Part shown: positions 20,902-31,475 of the stretch, one piece after another
Position numbering within the stretch: position 1 is the stretch's first letter
How the letters are laid out: each line of letters begins with the position of its first letter
Assembly (NCBI GenBank): GCA_965226795.1
Contig: CBDDDZ010000005.1
Coordinates: 1,216,001 to 1,280,000, forward strand
Direction: 5' to 3'
Length of the DNA stretch: 64,000 nt
DNA from: Candidatus Latescibacterota bacterium
Lineage (GTDB): Bacteria > Latescibacterota > UBA2968 > GCA-2709665
Made by a program: the position numbers and the translations under genes
Notes under the pieces: generated by a model
The model's database searches: none
What the model was told of the DNA's origin: nothing
Seen by the model: the letters and a program-made list of their open reading frames with translations, nothing else

Positions 20902-21591
20902 TCAGTCGGAGGCGACGGCCGTTTTTTCGTCCAGAGCCAAGCCGCCCAGTGCAAAGCGATCGATCTGGACGGATTGCTCGGCGAGCCCGTGGCGGGCGGC
21001 GAAAGCGGCCTTGACCCTCGAACCGAGAAGGACGCAGATGAAGAAGACGGCGCCCCCCGCGAGCATGAGGTTGGTGAGATTCAGCAGGTTTCCGATCAGC
21101 ACAAAGAGCAGGTACCGAGGAAACCGTCCGAGAAACACGGCGACCACGTATCGATGCAGAGGATAACCGCTTGCGGGACTGAGGATCCGGAATATGTAGA
21201 ACGGAATAAACGGAACCAGCGCCGCGAACCAGATGGCAAAAAACGGCGCTTTCATGAAATAATGAACAGCGCCCTTATAGACATCGCTCTCACGTGTCCG
21301 CTTGATCCTGGGGTTCTGAAAGGCGAAGTTGATGGCCTGGTAGTCCACGAAGCAGGCGATCATCGTGCCGGCGACGGCGGCAAACGCAACCACGACGGGA
21401 TGGTAGGATCGGCCCAGGAAAACCAGCGCAGGTTCGAGGGGGAAAGGAACGAAAGAGTTGGCGGGAATGCTGTAGAAGAAAAGGAGCGAGAGGTTTCGGT
21501 AATCCGGCAACAAGATCGCCGCTACGCCGGCAATCGTGAACAGGCCGGCCGACGCGCCGAGAAAACGTTTCCAACCCTTACTCATTTTCAT
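20902..21591 (-). CDS. VTT/DedA (SNARE-associated) domain membrane protein
   Basis: Hydrophobic; 'PFPLEP', 'PFIPF..FRIL', 'FLGRFPRY' DedA-like motifs. Confidence 0.65.
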   Translation of the reverse strand: MKMSKGWKRFLGASAGLFTIAGVAAILLPDYRNLSLLFFYSIPANSFVPFPLEPALVFLGRSYHPVVVAFAAVAGTMIACFVDYQAINFAFQNPRIKRTRESDVYKGAVHYFMKAPFFAIWFAALVPFIPFYIFRILSPASGYPLHRYVVAVFLGRFPRYLLFVLIGNLLNLTNLMLAGGAVFFICVLLGSRVKAAFAARHGLAEQSVQIDRFALGGLALDEKTAVASD

Positions 21592-21735
21592 AACCGTTAG
21601 ACCCTTGTTCCGGAGGGAAGTCCTGCCGCAGAAATATAAGTGAATCTTTTAAATATGTCAACTTGTTTGCAGTTCGCGTTCTGAATATCCCTGATTTGTG
21701 TATTTGACTTTCGTATTGAGGGCGGGGAACGACTC

Positions 21736-23088
21736 CTAAAAGGTGCTTTCAGATGTTGTTCCCGGGCACCAGCGGGCCGTGGTCAACGCCGGGATGAGGG
21801 CGTTCAATGCCGCGGGGGTGCCGATTCGTCTGAGTGCTTCGGCCGCGTTGCCTCGCACGTACCGGTTCTCGTCCGCAAGCCCGTCAACGAGGTCCGGAAG
21901 GGCGGATTCCGCTCCTGGTCCCAGTTTGGCCAGGGCAAGTGCGGCTGTACGCCGCGTGTCGCCGTCGGTGTCTTTCATTTGTTTTTGCAAGCCTGAAACC
22001 ACGGCCGGTTCAACAACGGCGACATTCCCCAGGGCTTCCGCAGACCAGCGGCGGACGTCCGGGTTTCCGTGTCCGAGCGTCCCGACCAGGCGCGGGACCG
22101 CTTCTTCTGCGCCCCTGCCGATATCCGCCAGGATCTCAACAGCCAGCGCAGGGTCGTTTTCAATCCTATCGATCACGCTCGGAACCGCCGGCGCGCCGAT
22201 TGCGCTGAGCGCATAGGCCACGTTGCGACGCAAGGATTCAGTCCCGTCGTCCAGAAGTTTCGTAAGGGTGGGAATGGCGGGCGTAGCCGTCGCGGCGAGG
22301 CGGTAGGCGGCATTCAGGGCGACGTTTTCGTCTGCATGGTCCAGGTCTCGCGCGATACTCGGCGCCGGCGCGTTCACGCCCTCTGTGGATGACCGTCCCC
22401 GGTGCCAGTGCCAGAGGTGGTCCCACAGCGCGGTGCGATCTCCCGCGTGTTTCCAGCCATCCCGTGTCCGGCGCCCGGCGGAGGAATGCCGCCAGCTCGG
22501 GCCAACCGGTTCCTGCATCCTGACGAACAGGAACTTCATCATATAGCGGGACCGTTCGCCGGTATTGGGCATAGCACGGTGCCACAGGTCGTAATGTACG
22601 ATCGTGACGTCACCCGCTTCGCCGCAGAGCGGCAGTTCGTCACTGTCTTCGGCGCTGTAGGTATTGTTGAAGTGACTGCCCGGCACCACACCTGTGGGTC
22701 CCAGACGGGTCGGCGTAGACTGGGGATAATAGAACGCCATGGCCCATCGTGTATGGTGATGGCGCCGGCTCCACCCGTCTTTATGCATACGCTGGCCGGG
22801 GCTTCCCGGCGGGTTGCAGTGGCAGTGGCGATGAGGATGCATGTAGTGGTTGGCGCCCAGCAGGCCGGTGAGCGCGCCGGCCACGTTCGGGTCATCGAAG
22901 ACCTGCCGGATTTCGGGCAGTCGCGGCAGAAGGTTATTCCCGGGGTTACCCTCTCTTTTGAATATGTAATCGGTGCGGTCGTAGATGTCCCGATGAAATT
23001 CCGGCGGAAGTTCCGTTCTGACGGTAATGAAGCCGTTGACGACGTAGAACCGCATCTGTTCGTCCGTGAGCAGCTTGATTTCGCGCAT
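21736..23088 (-). CDS. Phytanoyl-CoA dioxygenase (PhyH) family domain fused to C-terminal HEAT repeats
   Basis: 'HKD' and 'DLWHRA' 2-His-1-Asp triad, 'GPTGVVPGSH'; repeated 'VR..AA.AL..IG' HEAT units. Confidence 0.88.
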   Translation of the reverse strand: MREIKLLTDEQMRFYVVNGFITVRTELPPEFHRDIYDRTDYIFKREGNPGNNLLPRLPEIRQVFDDPNVAGALTGLLGANHYMHPHRHCHCNPPGSPGQRMHKDGWSRRHHHTRWAMAFYYPQSTPTRLGPTGVVPGSHFNNTYSAEDSDELPLCGEAGDVTIVHYDLWHRAMPNTGERSRYMMKFLFVRMQEPVGPSWRHSSAGRRTRDGWKHAGDRTALWDHLWHWHRGRSSTEGVNAPAPSIARDLDHADENVALNAAYRLAATATPAIPTLTKLLDDGTESLRRNVAYALSAIGAPAVPSVIDRIENDPALAVEILADIGRGAEEAVPRLVGTLGHGNPDVRRWSAEALGNVAVVEPAVVSGLQKQMKDTDGDTRRTAALALAKLGPGAESALPDLVDGLADENRYVRGNAAEALRRIGTPAALNALIPALTTARWCPGTTSESTF

Positions 23089-23109
23089 GAGAGAACCTCT
23101 TTTCCCCCA

Positions 23110-24298
23110 TCACATCTGCCGACGCCCGGGTTGTCGGGGGTGCGCCAGCAGGGCTTCCTCGACAACGTCCGTGCCCCAGCCCGGCCCATTCGGGATGGCC
23201 ATGTGTCCGTCCACGATCCGCGGCGGATCTGTGACCAGGTCGTCTTTCCATGGCACGTCGTCGATGTCGATTTCCATGATGCGCACGTTGGGCAAGACGG
23301 CGCAATGGCTCGCACTGATGAACGATGCGAGGTGGCTGTAGTAGTTGTGCGGCGCCACGTTCAACTGATAGACTTCAGCGAGGTCCCCGATTTTCTTTGA
23401 CTGGGAGAAGCCGTTCCACGGTACATCGACCATGAACACGTCGGCCGCATGGCGTTCAAAATACGGAATATAGCCGCGCATGTGGAACAAATTTTCGCCG
23501 GTGCAGATTGGCGTGTTTGTAGACTGTCTGATCTTCAGGATAGCTTCCGGGTCGTACATGTCGATTTCAAGCCAGAGCAGGTTGAATGGTTCCAGGATTT
23601 TCGCGATTCGCCTGCAGGCTTCCGGCTTGAAGTTGAAGTTGAGATCCAGGTTGATATCCACATCGGGTCCGACGGCTTCCCTCAGAGTACCCACCAGAGT
23701 TTCGATATGGGTCAGCAGGCGCGCCGAGATGGCCTGGTCGGTCGTTCCGGGTTTCCCGGCAAATCCCGGAAAGTAGACGGAGCCGGGATTGCCGGGCATG
23801 AGGATGTTGGTCTTGAGCGCCGTGAAGCCTTTCTGGACGACTTCCCGACCCAGCGCGGCTACGTCCGCTCAGGTCGCGCACCGGCGGCGTTCCGATGAGT
23901 TCGTGCGCGCGGATGCGGCTTGTGCCGCAGTGCGACCAGTAGAGACGGATATCGTCACGGGTCGGGCCCCCGAAAAGCTCGGTTACGGATATCCCGAGGG
24001 ACCGTGCTTTAATGTCGACCAGGGCCAGTTCGATGCCGGCGATGGCTTTGGCTGTTGCGCCGTCCGGGCTCTGGCGGCCCCATCGGGCCATATCCCAGAA
24101 TCGCATTTCAAACGGGCGCGGGTCCTTGCCGACGAGTACGGGTTTGAGGTCTTCGATGGCGCCCTCGATGCTGAGGGGCATCTTGTCGTCGCTGCATTCG
24201 CCCCATCCGGTGATACCGTCGTCGGTTTCCACCTTGACGAATAACCAGCAACGCCAGCCCGCGTCGACGTGGAATGTCCGGATGTCGGTGATTCGCAT
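23110..24298 (-). CDS. Mandelate racemase/galactonate dehydratase-like enolase superfamily enzyme, frameshifted near 23869
   Basis: 'FVKVETDDGITGWGE', 'GIELALVDIK'; after one extra base, 'GFTALKTN', 'DLNFN', 'WLEID', 'TGEN', 'APHN'. Confidence 0.88.
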
Positions 24299-24358
24299 TG
24301 AACTCGACCTTTCAGCGATTCCCGGCCGCCGGCCGGCCTGATGCGATGGCATCCGAAT

Positions 24359-24397
24359 AAAGAAACAGGGGTGCTTTCTTGCCCCCCTGCTTCTTTA
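24359..24397 (-). terminator. Intrinsic terminator after glnA
   Basis: Minus strand AAGAAGCAGGGG...CCCCTGTTTCTT hairpin ending in a U-rich tract. Confidence 0.55.
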
Positions 24398-24424
24398 ATT
24401 GCGTGCGTTGTCTGCAGTTGGGTA

Positions 24425-25843
24425 TTACGCGTCGTAATAAAGCGCGAATTCGTAAGGATGCGGCCTTAGTCGGAGCGGGTCGATCTCGTTCTCCCGCTTG
24501 TAACTGATCCACGTATCGACAACGTCTTGCGTGAAAACGTCACCCTTGAGAAGGAATTCGTGATCGGCTTCAAGCGCGTCGATGGATTCGGCCAACGATC
24601 CGGGAGTCTGGGGAATCTTGGCGAGATCTTCGGGCGCCAGTTCGTAGAGATCCTTGTCCATCGGTTTGCCCGGATCGATCTTGTTCTGGATCCCATCCAG
24701 ACCGGCCATAAGCATGGCTGCAAATGCCAGGTAGGGGTTACACGTGGGGTCCGGACAGCGAAACTCGATCCGCTTGGCCTTCGGGCTGGGGGAATACATC
24801 GGGATGCGCACGCACGCGCTTCGGTTGCGCTGGGAGTAGGCCAGGTTGACCGGGGCCTCGTAGCCGGGTACGAGGCGTTTGTAGGAGTTGGTGGTCGGCG
24901 CGGCGAAAGCCAGCAGCGCCGGTGCGTGCTTGAGGATGCCGCCGGCGTAATGGAGCGCCGCGTCGCTCAAGCCCGCGTAACCGGAGCCCGCGAACAGGGG
25001 GTCGTCGCCGTTCCACAGGCTCTGATGGACGTGCATCCCGGTACCGTTGTCTTCAAAGAGCGGTTTGGGCATAAACGTGGCGGTTTTACCGTGCCGTTTT
25101 GCGGTGTTCTTCACGATCCACTTGTACTTGATGAGCTGATCGGCGCACGATACAAGCGGCGCGAAGCGGAAATCGATTTCGCACTGGCCGCCGGTCGCCA
25201 CTTCATGGTGGTGCGCTTCCACGTTGATTCCGCAGTCAATCATAAGCAGGATCATTTCGCTCCGGATATCCTGCAGGGAGTCCGTGGGAGGCACCGGAAA
25301 GTACCCCTCCTTGAGGCGGGGTTTGTAACCCAGGTTCGGACGCTCGTCGCGGCCGGAATTCCAGCAGCCTTCGACCGAATCGACGTAATAGTATCCCGAA
25401 TTGTGCGTCTGGTCGAAGCGGATATCGTCGAAGACGAAGAACTCGGCCTCAGGGCCGAAGGTGGCCACGTCCGCGATTCCTGTGGATTTGAGGTAATTCT
25501 CGGCCTTTTGCGCCACGGTTCTGGGGTCGCGGGTGTATCGTTCTCGCGTGATCGGATCTTCGATGTTGCAGATTATCACGAGCGTGGGGATTTCAAGGAA
25601 GGGATCGATAAAGGCCGTATTGGAATCGGGGACGATGAGCATGTCGCTTTCGTCGATGGATTGCCAGCCACGGATGCTGGAACCATCGAAGCCGAGACCG
25701 TCTTCGAAGGTATCTTCGTCGACTTCGCCCGCGGGCTGGGAAAAGTGCTGCCACAGACCAGGAAAGTCCGTAAACCGGAAATCCACGATTTTCACGTTGT
25801 TTTCCCTGATCATGTCAAGGACTTCATGAGGTGTTCGGCCCAT
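24425..25843 (-). CDS. glnA: Glutamine synthetase type I (GSI-beta)
   Basis: 'FDGSSI', 'GPEAEFF', 'HHEVA..GQCEI', 'FMPKP..DNGTGMH', '[10 protein letters not shown]', adenylylation site 'KDLYEL'. Confidence 0.98.
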   Translation of the reverse strand: MGRTPHEVLDMIRENNVKIVDFRFTDFPGLWQHFSQPAGEVDEDTFEDGLGFDGSSIRGWQSIDESDMLIVPDSNTAFIDPFLEIPTLVIICNIEDPITRERYTRDPRTVAQKAENYLKSTGIADVATFGPEAEFFVFDDIRFDQTHNSGYYYVDSVEGCWNSGRDERPNLGYKPRLKEGYFPVPPTDSLQDIRSEMILLMIDCGINVEAHHHEVATGGQCEIDFRFAPLVSCADQLIKYKWIVKNTAKRHGKTATFMPKPLFEDNGTGMHVHQSLWNGDDPLFAGSGYAGLSDAALHYAGGILKHAPALLAFAAPTTNSYKRLVPGYEAPVNLAYSQRNRSACVRIPMYSPSPKAKRIEFRCPDPTCNPYLAFAAMLMAGLDGIQNKIDPGKPMDKDLYELAPEDLAKIPQTPGSLAESIDALEADHEFLLKGDVFTQDVVDTWISYKRENEIDPLRLRPHPYEFALYYDA

Positions 25844-26082
25844 TCTACCGCTCCTTTCTCGTGTCGGAAGTTGTACGGTCTATATTAATAGATAATAACG
25901 AATCCGGAACGGCGCAAATATACGGGGCATATATTTCATATAGATTGCAGATATGTTAAATATATATTAATAGCGTTGTCTGCCCGCCTTGCGTGAATTA
26001 TGTGGCCGGTGCAATACCACCGGCATCGCGGCACCGGCGAGGAGATGAAGATTTCCCCTATTCCGTAGCTTCCGCAAAAGGC

Positions 26083-26111
26083 TTGACAATGCAGTTGCAT
26101 TCGTTTATCAT
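26083..26111 (+). promoter_or_regulatory. sigma70-type promoter upstream of hrcA
   Basis: TTGACA-17bp-TATCAT. Confidence 0.55.
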
Positions 26112-26241
26112 TTGTTGGAATATGGAGTTAGCCAGGTTTCGAAACCTGAAACAGCACGCTGTCATCCGGGTTGGTCTTGCCGTGCGGCATGCGTGTAACG
26201 CCACCCTTCAGGTTGTCCTCTCTCCCCCGGAAGAAGCAGTC

Positions 26242-26419
26242 TACTGTTCTGTCCCGGAAATAGATTGCCGATATCCGGCCGTCGAGTCGCCCGTCTCGCA
26301 AGGCGTCTGCGACCTGTGGAAGGATGGCGAGCGGGTTTCGATAAGCTCAACGCGCGCAACGTAGCGAGACCGGATGAACCAGCGGACGAATGGTAATATG
26401 GTTCCGGGACAAAACAACA
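26242..26419. mobile_element. MITE-like inverted-repeat element (or structured RNA) in the hrcA leader
   Basis: TACTGTTCTGTCCCGGAAATAGATTGCC vs reverse complement of right end TGTTGTTTTGTCCCGGAACCATATTACC; internal GTCTCGC/GCGAGAC stem. Confidence 0.5.
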
Positions 26420-26500
26420 GGGCTGGTTTTCTTCTTCTCAACGGGCGTCTCCCCCGGCCCCCGCGGTAATTCTCTGACTCCAGGAGAAGGGGTGGGTCGT

Positions 26501-27532
26501 ATGGTGCATTTACAGCAGCGGGAAGCAGCGATTCTGAATATTCTCATCAGTACGCACGTCAATACCGGCGGGCCCGTTGGATCGCGGGCAATCGCCAGGT
26601 CCGGACTGGGTCTCAGTTCCGCCACGGTGCGCAACTCGATGGCCGACCTGGAGGAGAAGGGCATGCTCACCCATCCGCATACGTCGGCCGGTCGCGTCCC
26701 CACGGATAAAGGCTACCGCTATTACGTCGACAGAGTGATGCCCAGGCAGACTCTGGAGGAAGAGGAACGCGAACAGATCCGCGAGCGGGTACGGGCATAC
26801 GTCCGGGAGGGCGAAATCGAAGTATTGCTCGAGCAGCTGTCGAAGGTGATCGCCGATCTTTCAATGAATCTGGGAATGGTTCTCTCGCCCAGGTTCGAGC
26901 GGGGGGTTTTCGACCGTCTGGAAATGGTCCATCTGTCCGAGGGCAGGCTCCTGCTGGTGCTTGCAATCAAGTCGGGGCTGGTGAAGACAATGGTGATGGA
27001 GGTAGACTCCGCCGTTACCCCGGGCGAACTGGATGAAACGTCGCGGGCGGTAAACGAGCGCCTGTCCGGTCTCAACGTGGCGGAAATCAGAGATTCGGTC
27101 GCCGAACGGCTCCGTGAGGTTTCAAACGGATCTCCCAGACTCCTGCGGGTGCTGTGTGATAGCGCGCCAAACCTTTTCCGCTTCCAGAGCGGTATGGATT
27201 TGCACTTCGGCGGGGCCGGCAACTTCATTATGCAGCCGGAATTCAACCGCAAGCAAAACGATCTGGCGGCCCTGATGGAATTGCTTGAAGCCCGGGAACC
27301 GATGATTACGATTCTGGACGAACGGACCGAACAGGACGGAATTTCCGTGACGATCGGCACCGAAAACGGACCGCCGGAACTCCGCGGCTGCAGCGTGCTT
27401 ACATCGAGATATCGGGTTGGCGCCATCTCGGGAGTTATCGGGCTGATCGGCCCCACCCGCATCCCGTACGCGAGGCTCATTCCTCTGACCCGGTATATGG
27501 CGGCCCTGGCCGAGGAAATGTTGGATCATTAG
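26501..27532 (+). CDS. hrcA: Heat-inducible transcription repressor
   Basis: 'PVGSR', 'SSATVRNSMADLE..G.L..PHTSAGRVPTDKGYRYYVD', 'IGPTRIPY'. Confidence 0.97.
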   Translation: MVHLQQREAAILNILISTHVNTGGPVGSRAIARSGLGLSSATVRNSMADLEEKGMLTHPHTSAGRVPTDKGYRYYVDRVMPRQTLEEEEREQIRERVRAYVREGEIEVLLEQLSKVIADLSMNLGMVLSPRFERGVFDRLEMVHLSEGRLLLVLAIKSGLVKTMVMEVDSAVTPGELDETSRAVNERLSGLNVAEIRDSVAERLREVSNGSPRLLRVLCDSAPNLFRFQSGMDLHFGGAGNFIMQPEFNRKQNDLAALMELLEAREPMITILDERTEQDGISVTIGTENGPPELRGCSVLTSRYRVGAISGVIGLIGPTRIPYARLIPLTRYMAALAEEMLDH

Positions 27533-27553
27533 CGGGAGGATACACGGGCGCAT

Positions 27554-28147
27554 ATGGTGAAATCTGACGAAGTCAACGGCGAGGAAACACAGGAGGAAAT
27601 CACCGACGCGGAAGCTTCCAAGGAAGTGAAAGCGCCGGATCCGCTGGCGGAAGCCCTCCGGGAGTCGGAAGAGTACAAGGATCGGTGGCTTCGGCTGGTG
27701 GCCGAGTTCGACAACTATAAGAAACGGAGGACAAGGGAATTCGATGCCCTGGTGCAATCGGCCAGCGAGAACCTGATTCGAGAGTTGCTGCCGGTTCTCG
27801 ATTCGGTCGCTCGGGCGTTAGACCATCGCGCCGACGGCGAAGACGATTCCGAGGGGTTCAAACAGGGCGTCACCATGATTATGGAGCAATTCCCCAAAGT
27901 CCTCCAGCGTCGCGGTCTTTCGGAGATTGAGGCCGTGGGGCAGCCGTTCGATCCCAACTTTCACGAAGCGCTGATGCAGATGTCTTCAGATCAGCATGCC
28001 GAGGGGCTGGTGATGGGCGTGGTGGAACGAGGGTACCGTCTGGGCAATAAAGTCGTACGCCCGGCAAAGGTTGTCGTGAGCGGGGGGAGCGCCGGGGAGG
28101 AACCCGAAAGCGAAGAAGAAGGCGAGAAAGAGAGTGGAGCACGGTAA
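27554..28147 (+). CDS. grpE: Nucleotide exchange factor
   Basis: 'RLVAEFDNYKKR', 'LLPVLD', 'FDPNFHEA', 'GYRLGNKVVRPAKVVV'. Confidence 0.97.
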   Translation: MVKSDEVNGEETQEEITDAEASKEVKAPDPLAEALRESEEYKDRWLRLVAEFDNYKKRRTREFDALVQSASENLIRELLPVLDSVARALDHRADGEDDSEGFKQGVTMIMEQFPKVLQRRGLSEIEAVGQPFDPNFHEALMQMSSDQHAEGLVMGVVERGYRLGNKVVRPAKVVVSGGSAGEEPESEEEGEKESGAR

Positions 28148-28204
28148 TTCTGAGCAGGGCCGGAAATCGGCTCTGTTGTCTGTTTTGCCCGACAGGAACG
28201 AATA

Positions 28205-29362
28205 ATGTCCAAACGCGACTATTATGAGGTTCTCGGGTTGCAACGGGAAGCAACCGAGAGCGACATAAAAAAAGCCTACCGCAAGCAGGCGATGAAATAT
28301 CACCCCGATCGGAACGCGGACGATGAAGAGGCTGCAGCCAGATTCAAGGAGGCCGCCGAAGCGTACGAGGTCCTGGGCGATGCCCAGAAACGCCGGGTCT
28401 ACGATCAGTATGGGCATGCGGGCCTGGGCGGGCCGTTCAAGGGCGGGGGATTTCAATGGTCCGACTTCACCCACGCAACCGATTTCGAGGATATTTTCTC
28501 CAACCTCGACGACGTTTTCGGCGGTGGTATTCTGGGCGATCTGTTCGCCCGCCGCGGCGGGCGGCGCGGCCCCCAGCGCGGGGAAGACCTCCGTATTCCG
28601 CTCCGGTTGACCCTGGACGAGATCGCGTCCGGCGTCCAGAAGAAGATACGGTTTGCGCGGATGGACAGGTGCGACACCTGCGGTGGGGGCGGAGCCCGGT
28701 CCGGCGCGGCCGCCAGGACCTGCAGCGTTTGCAATGGGATGGGGCAGGTGCGACAGGCCACGCGATCGCTGTTCGGTCAGTTTGTGAATGTAACCACGTG
28801 CCCCCAGTGCAACGGCGAAGGCAAGGTGATCGGCGACCGCTGTCCCGATTGCGGGGGAGAGGGCAGGGCGAAAAAGACCGTCAGTCTGGCCGTCAATATC
28901 CCGGCGGGCGTCACCGACGGTAACTACATCCCGTTGCGGGGGCAGGGCAGCATCGGACCCCGTGATGGCCCCGCCGGAGATTGCATGGTGCTGATCGAAG
29001 AGGCGGAGCACGAGCATTTCGAGCGGCACGGCAACGATATACTCTATGAGTTGCCCATCAGCTTCAGCCAGGCGGCGCTTGGCGCCGAGGTGACGGTGCC
29101 CACGTTGAACAGCAGGGCGGAAATGAAAATTCCGTCCGGAACCCAGTCCGGGCAGATTTTTCGCCTGAAGGGCAAGGGGATTCCCGAACTGAACGGGTAC
29201 CGTACCGGAGACCAGCTCGTCCGCGTGATGGTCTGGACGCCCGCGCGCCTGAACGACGAGGAGCAGAGGCTGTTCAGACAACTCTCGGAACTTGAAAATA
29301 TCCAGCCCCCTGAGGGCGGAAAGGGCTTATTCGAACGCATGAAGGGGGCGTTCGGCGGTTAG
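28205..29362 (+). CDS. dnaJ: Chaperone DnaJ
   Basis: J domain with HPD, G/F region, four CxxCxGxG repeats. Confidence 0.98.
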   Translation: MSKRDYYEVLGLQREATESDIKKAYRKQAMKYHPDRNADDEEAAARFKEAAEAYEVLGDAQKRRVYDQYGHAGLGGPFKGGGFQWSDFTHATDFEDIFSNLDDVFGGGILGDLFARRGGRRGPQRGEDLRIPLRLTLDEIASGVQKKIRFARMDRCDTCGGGGARSGAAARTCSVCNGMGQVRQATRSLFGQFVNVTTCPQCNGEGKVIGDRCPDCGGEGRAKKTVSLAVNIPAGVTDGNYIPLRGQGSIGPRDGPAGDCMVLIEEAEHEHFERHGNDILYELPISFSQAALGAEVTVPTLNSRAEMKIPSGTQSGQIFRLKGKGIPELNGYRTGDQLVRVMVWTPARLNDEEQRLFRQLSELENIQPPEGGKGLFERMKGAFGG

Positions 29363-29470
29363 GGGAAATCCCCCGTGTGATTCGGTCCTGCAATATAGAC
29401 GCCCCGTGTACCCGCGCGGGGCGCTGTTGTTTCTGTAAGGAGCAACCGTCACCAAACCGGGCCGTCACGA

Positions 29471-30908
29471 TCACGTTAGCCTGCGGAAGAGCGGTTGACT
29501 CTTCCTGATCCCGGATTTGGAGAAACTGGTTTCGATTCTATCAGCGGTACATGGAAGAAAGGGTCTCAGGACCCATGAAATGGCGCGAACCGACCCGACC
29601 CAGGCCGAGAGGTGTTGCCGGAGCTTCTCGGCTTTCCCCTTTTTCAGAAGTTCCCAGGGACGCACTGCGTCGATTTCGCGGTTCATTCCGCCGACCTCCC
29701 GCCAGATGGTCCTGAGGGCCCCGGCGAAGTCGAAATTGTCCATTGCGTTCTTCACGTCCCGTGGAACGTGGGTGTCAGGCGTTTCTGCCCTACCGTAACC
29801 GCACCCTTCGCAGAGGGCTTCGAGCCGGCGCACCAGGTTGCCCAGGCCGTTCGGCAGGTCCGTGTTGTAGACTTCCCGGAGCCGGGCTTCGGATACATCG
29901 CCGTCCCCTCCGGTGCGGACGGCGCGGAGCAGGTAGTACCGGAGGGCGTCAGCGCCGTATCGCTGGATCAGCGGGAATGGATCGACGGTGTTGTCCAGCG
30001 ACTTGCTGATCTTGCGGCCTTCCACGGTCAGATGACCGTGGACGAAGATGGCCCGGGGCAGCGGCAGGCCGGCAGAGAGCAGCAGGGCGGGCCAGTAAAC
30101 CGCGTGGAATTTGAGGACATCTTTGCCGATTACGTGGACCCGGTTGGGGCAGTTGCGCCAGTACCGTTCGAAATTCTCGTCCTTCGAGCCGTAGCCCAGG
30201 CCTGTGAGGTAGTTGGTCAGGGCGTCGAACCAGACGTACACGACCTGCGCGGGATCTCCCGGCACTGGCACGCCCCAGCCCCCCGAACGATCCCGATTGC
30301 GGGAAATGCTGAAATCCTGCAGGCCCTGCCGGATGAATCCGAGCGCCTCGTTTCGCCGTGTTTCCGGGAGAATGCGGAGCTTTCCGGACGCGATCAGGGC
30401 CTCCAGCGGCTTCTGATAGGCGGAAAGACGGAAGAAATAGTTGGTTTCCTCAACGGTCTCGGGTTCGACGCCATGTACAGGGCACCGTCCGTCCGCCAGG
30501 AGCCCTTTCCCGATAGAAGTCCTCGCAGCCCACGCAATACAGACCGCGGTACTGTCTGAGGAAAATATCCTCCTGCCGGCAGGCCGTCCAGAATCTGGTG
30601 GCGCCGCGGAAGTGGGCGTCGGAGGAGGAGCGGATGAAGCAGTCGGAAGAAACGCCGAGGGCCTCGACGAGGTTAAGGAAGACCGCGGCATTCCGATCGC
30701 AGAGCTGGCGGGGGGCGACGCCCTCCTTTGCCGCTGCCTGCACGTTCTTGAACGCGTTCTCGTCGGTTCCGGTCAGGAAAAAGGTGTCATCGCCCAGGAG
30801 CCGGCGCCACCGGGCAATCGCGTCGGCCTTTACGAGTTCCAGCGCGAAGCCCACGTGGGGGCGGGCGTTGACGTAAGGGATGGAGGTCGATACATAGGAG
30901 GTGTTCAT
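29471..30908 (-). CDS. metG: Methionyl-tRNA synthetase (short form), frameshifted near 30505
   Basis: 'STSIPYVNARPHVGF', 'TGTDE', 'YCVGCEDF', 'YVWFDAL.NY', 'GKD.LKFH..YWP', 'KISKS'. One-base indel at a GGGG run. Confidence 0.9.
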
Positions 30909-31254
30909 GGCAAGTCCTTTCCAATTGCGGTTTCAATTTGGAAGAAGCGATGCGATTCCACACAGGCGAGGACAGGCGCATGTAAGAGATACCGCCGGTG
31001 CTTTGAGATATGCGGTTTACCACTTGGTTTTCCCTCTTTGATTGGCGAGTGTCCGGCCGCACGAGATGGGAATGATACCCCCGTCGTAATAGAGTTTGCG
31101 CATACGATTTTCGGTTGGAGTTTCGCATTTATTTCGCGGAGCACTTTATAGTTGAGGTTAAACTCCTCTGTAGGGCCGGCAGAAAATGTCAGCGAATCAC
31201 CGGCCCTGGAAACAGGAATCATCCGATCGTGTAGCGGTCGGTTCCCGGATAAGA

Positions 31255-31290
31255 AACAACCCACCGCCGATCCGTCGGCGGTGGGTTGTT
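31255..31290. terminator. Perfect 16-bp hairpin, likely terminator
   Basis: AACAACCCACCGCCGA-TCCG-TCGGCGGTGGGTTGTT; followed on the minus strand by TCTT. Confidence 0.7.
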
Positions 31291-31316
31291 CGATTCCGGT
31301 ACAAGTGTGATTCAGT

Positions 31317-31475
31317 TCAAGTCAGGGGATGGTCCGCCGCCGGAAACCTGGTAGAAAAGGAGGCCATCATGTACATAGATATATCGTCGACACGTGTCGG
31401 CGGCGTGCCTTTGAAAGTGGGAAAAGCTGGCGTGTTCAAACGCGTTGCGCAATTTAAATCCAAATCCGGCGTCAT
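31317..31475 (-). CDS. Candidate small protein (52 aa) with its own promoter and terminator
   Basis: Minus-strand TTGACA-17-TATATT (31532-31504), AGGAG RBS, ATG 31475, hairpin at 31255-31290. Confidence 0.5.
   Translation of the reverse strand: MTPDLDLNCATRLNTPAFPTFKGTPPTRVDDISMYMMASFSTRFPAADHPLT

Noticed and set aside
24527..25888. Long antisense ORFs (453 aa opposite glnA; also 27986-29281, 32854-34326, 55210-56709)
   Set aside because: Shadow ORFs from GC-rich codon bias opposite well-supported genes; no motifs.
26470..26500. CIRCE operator before hrcA
   Set aside because: CTGACTC-N9-GGGTGGG is too degenerate to call.
30909..31150. T-box or SAM riboswitch upstream of metG
   Set aside because: No T-box GGTGG-ACC bulge or SAM-I core found; only a small hairpin near the RBS.
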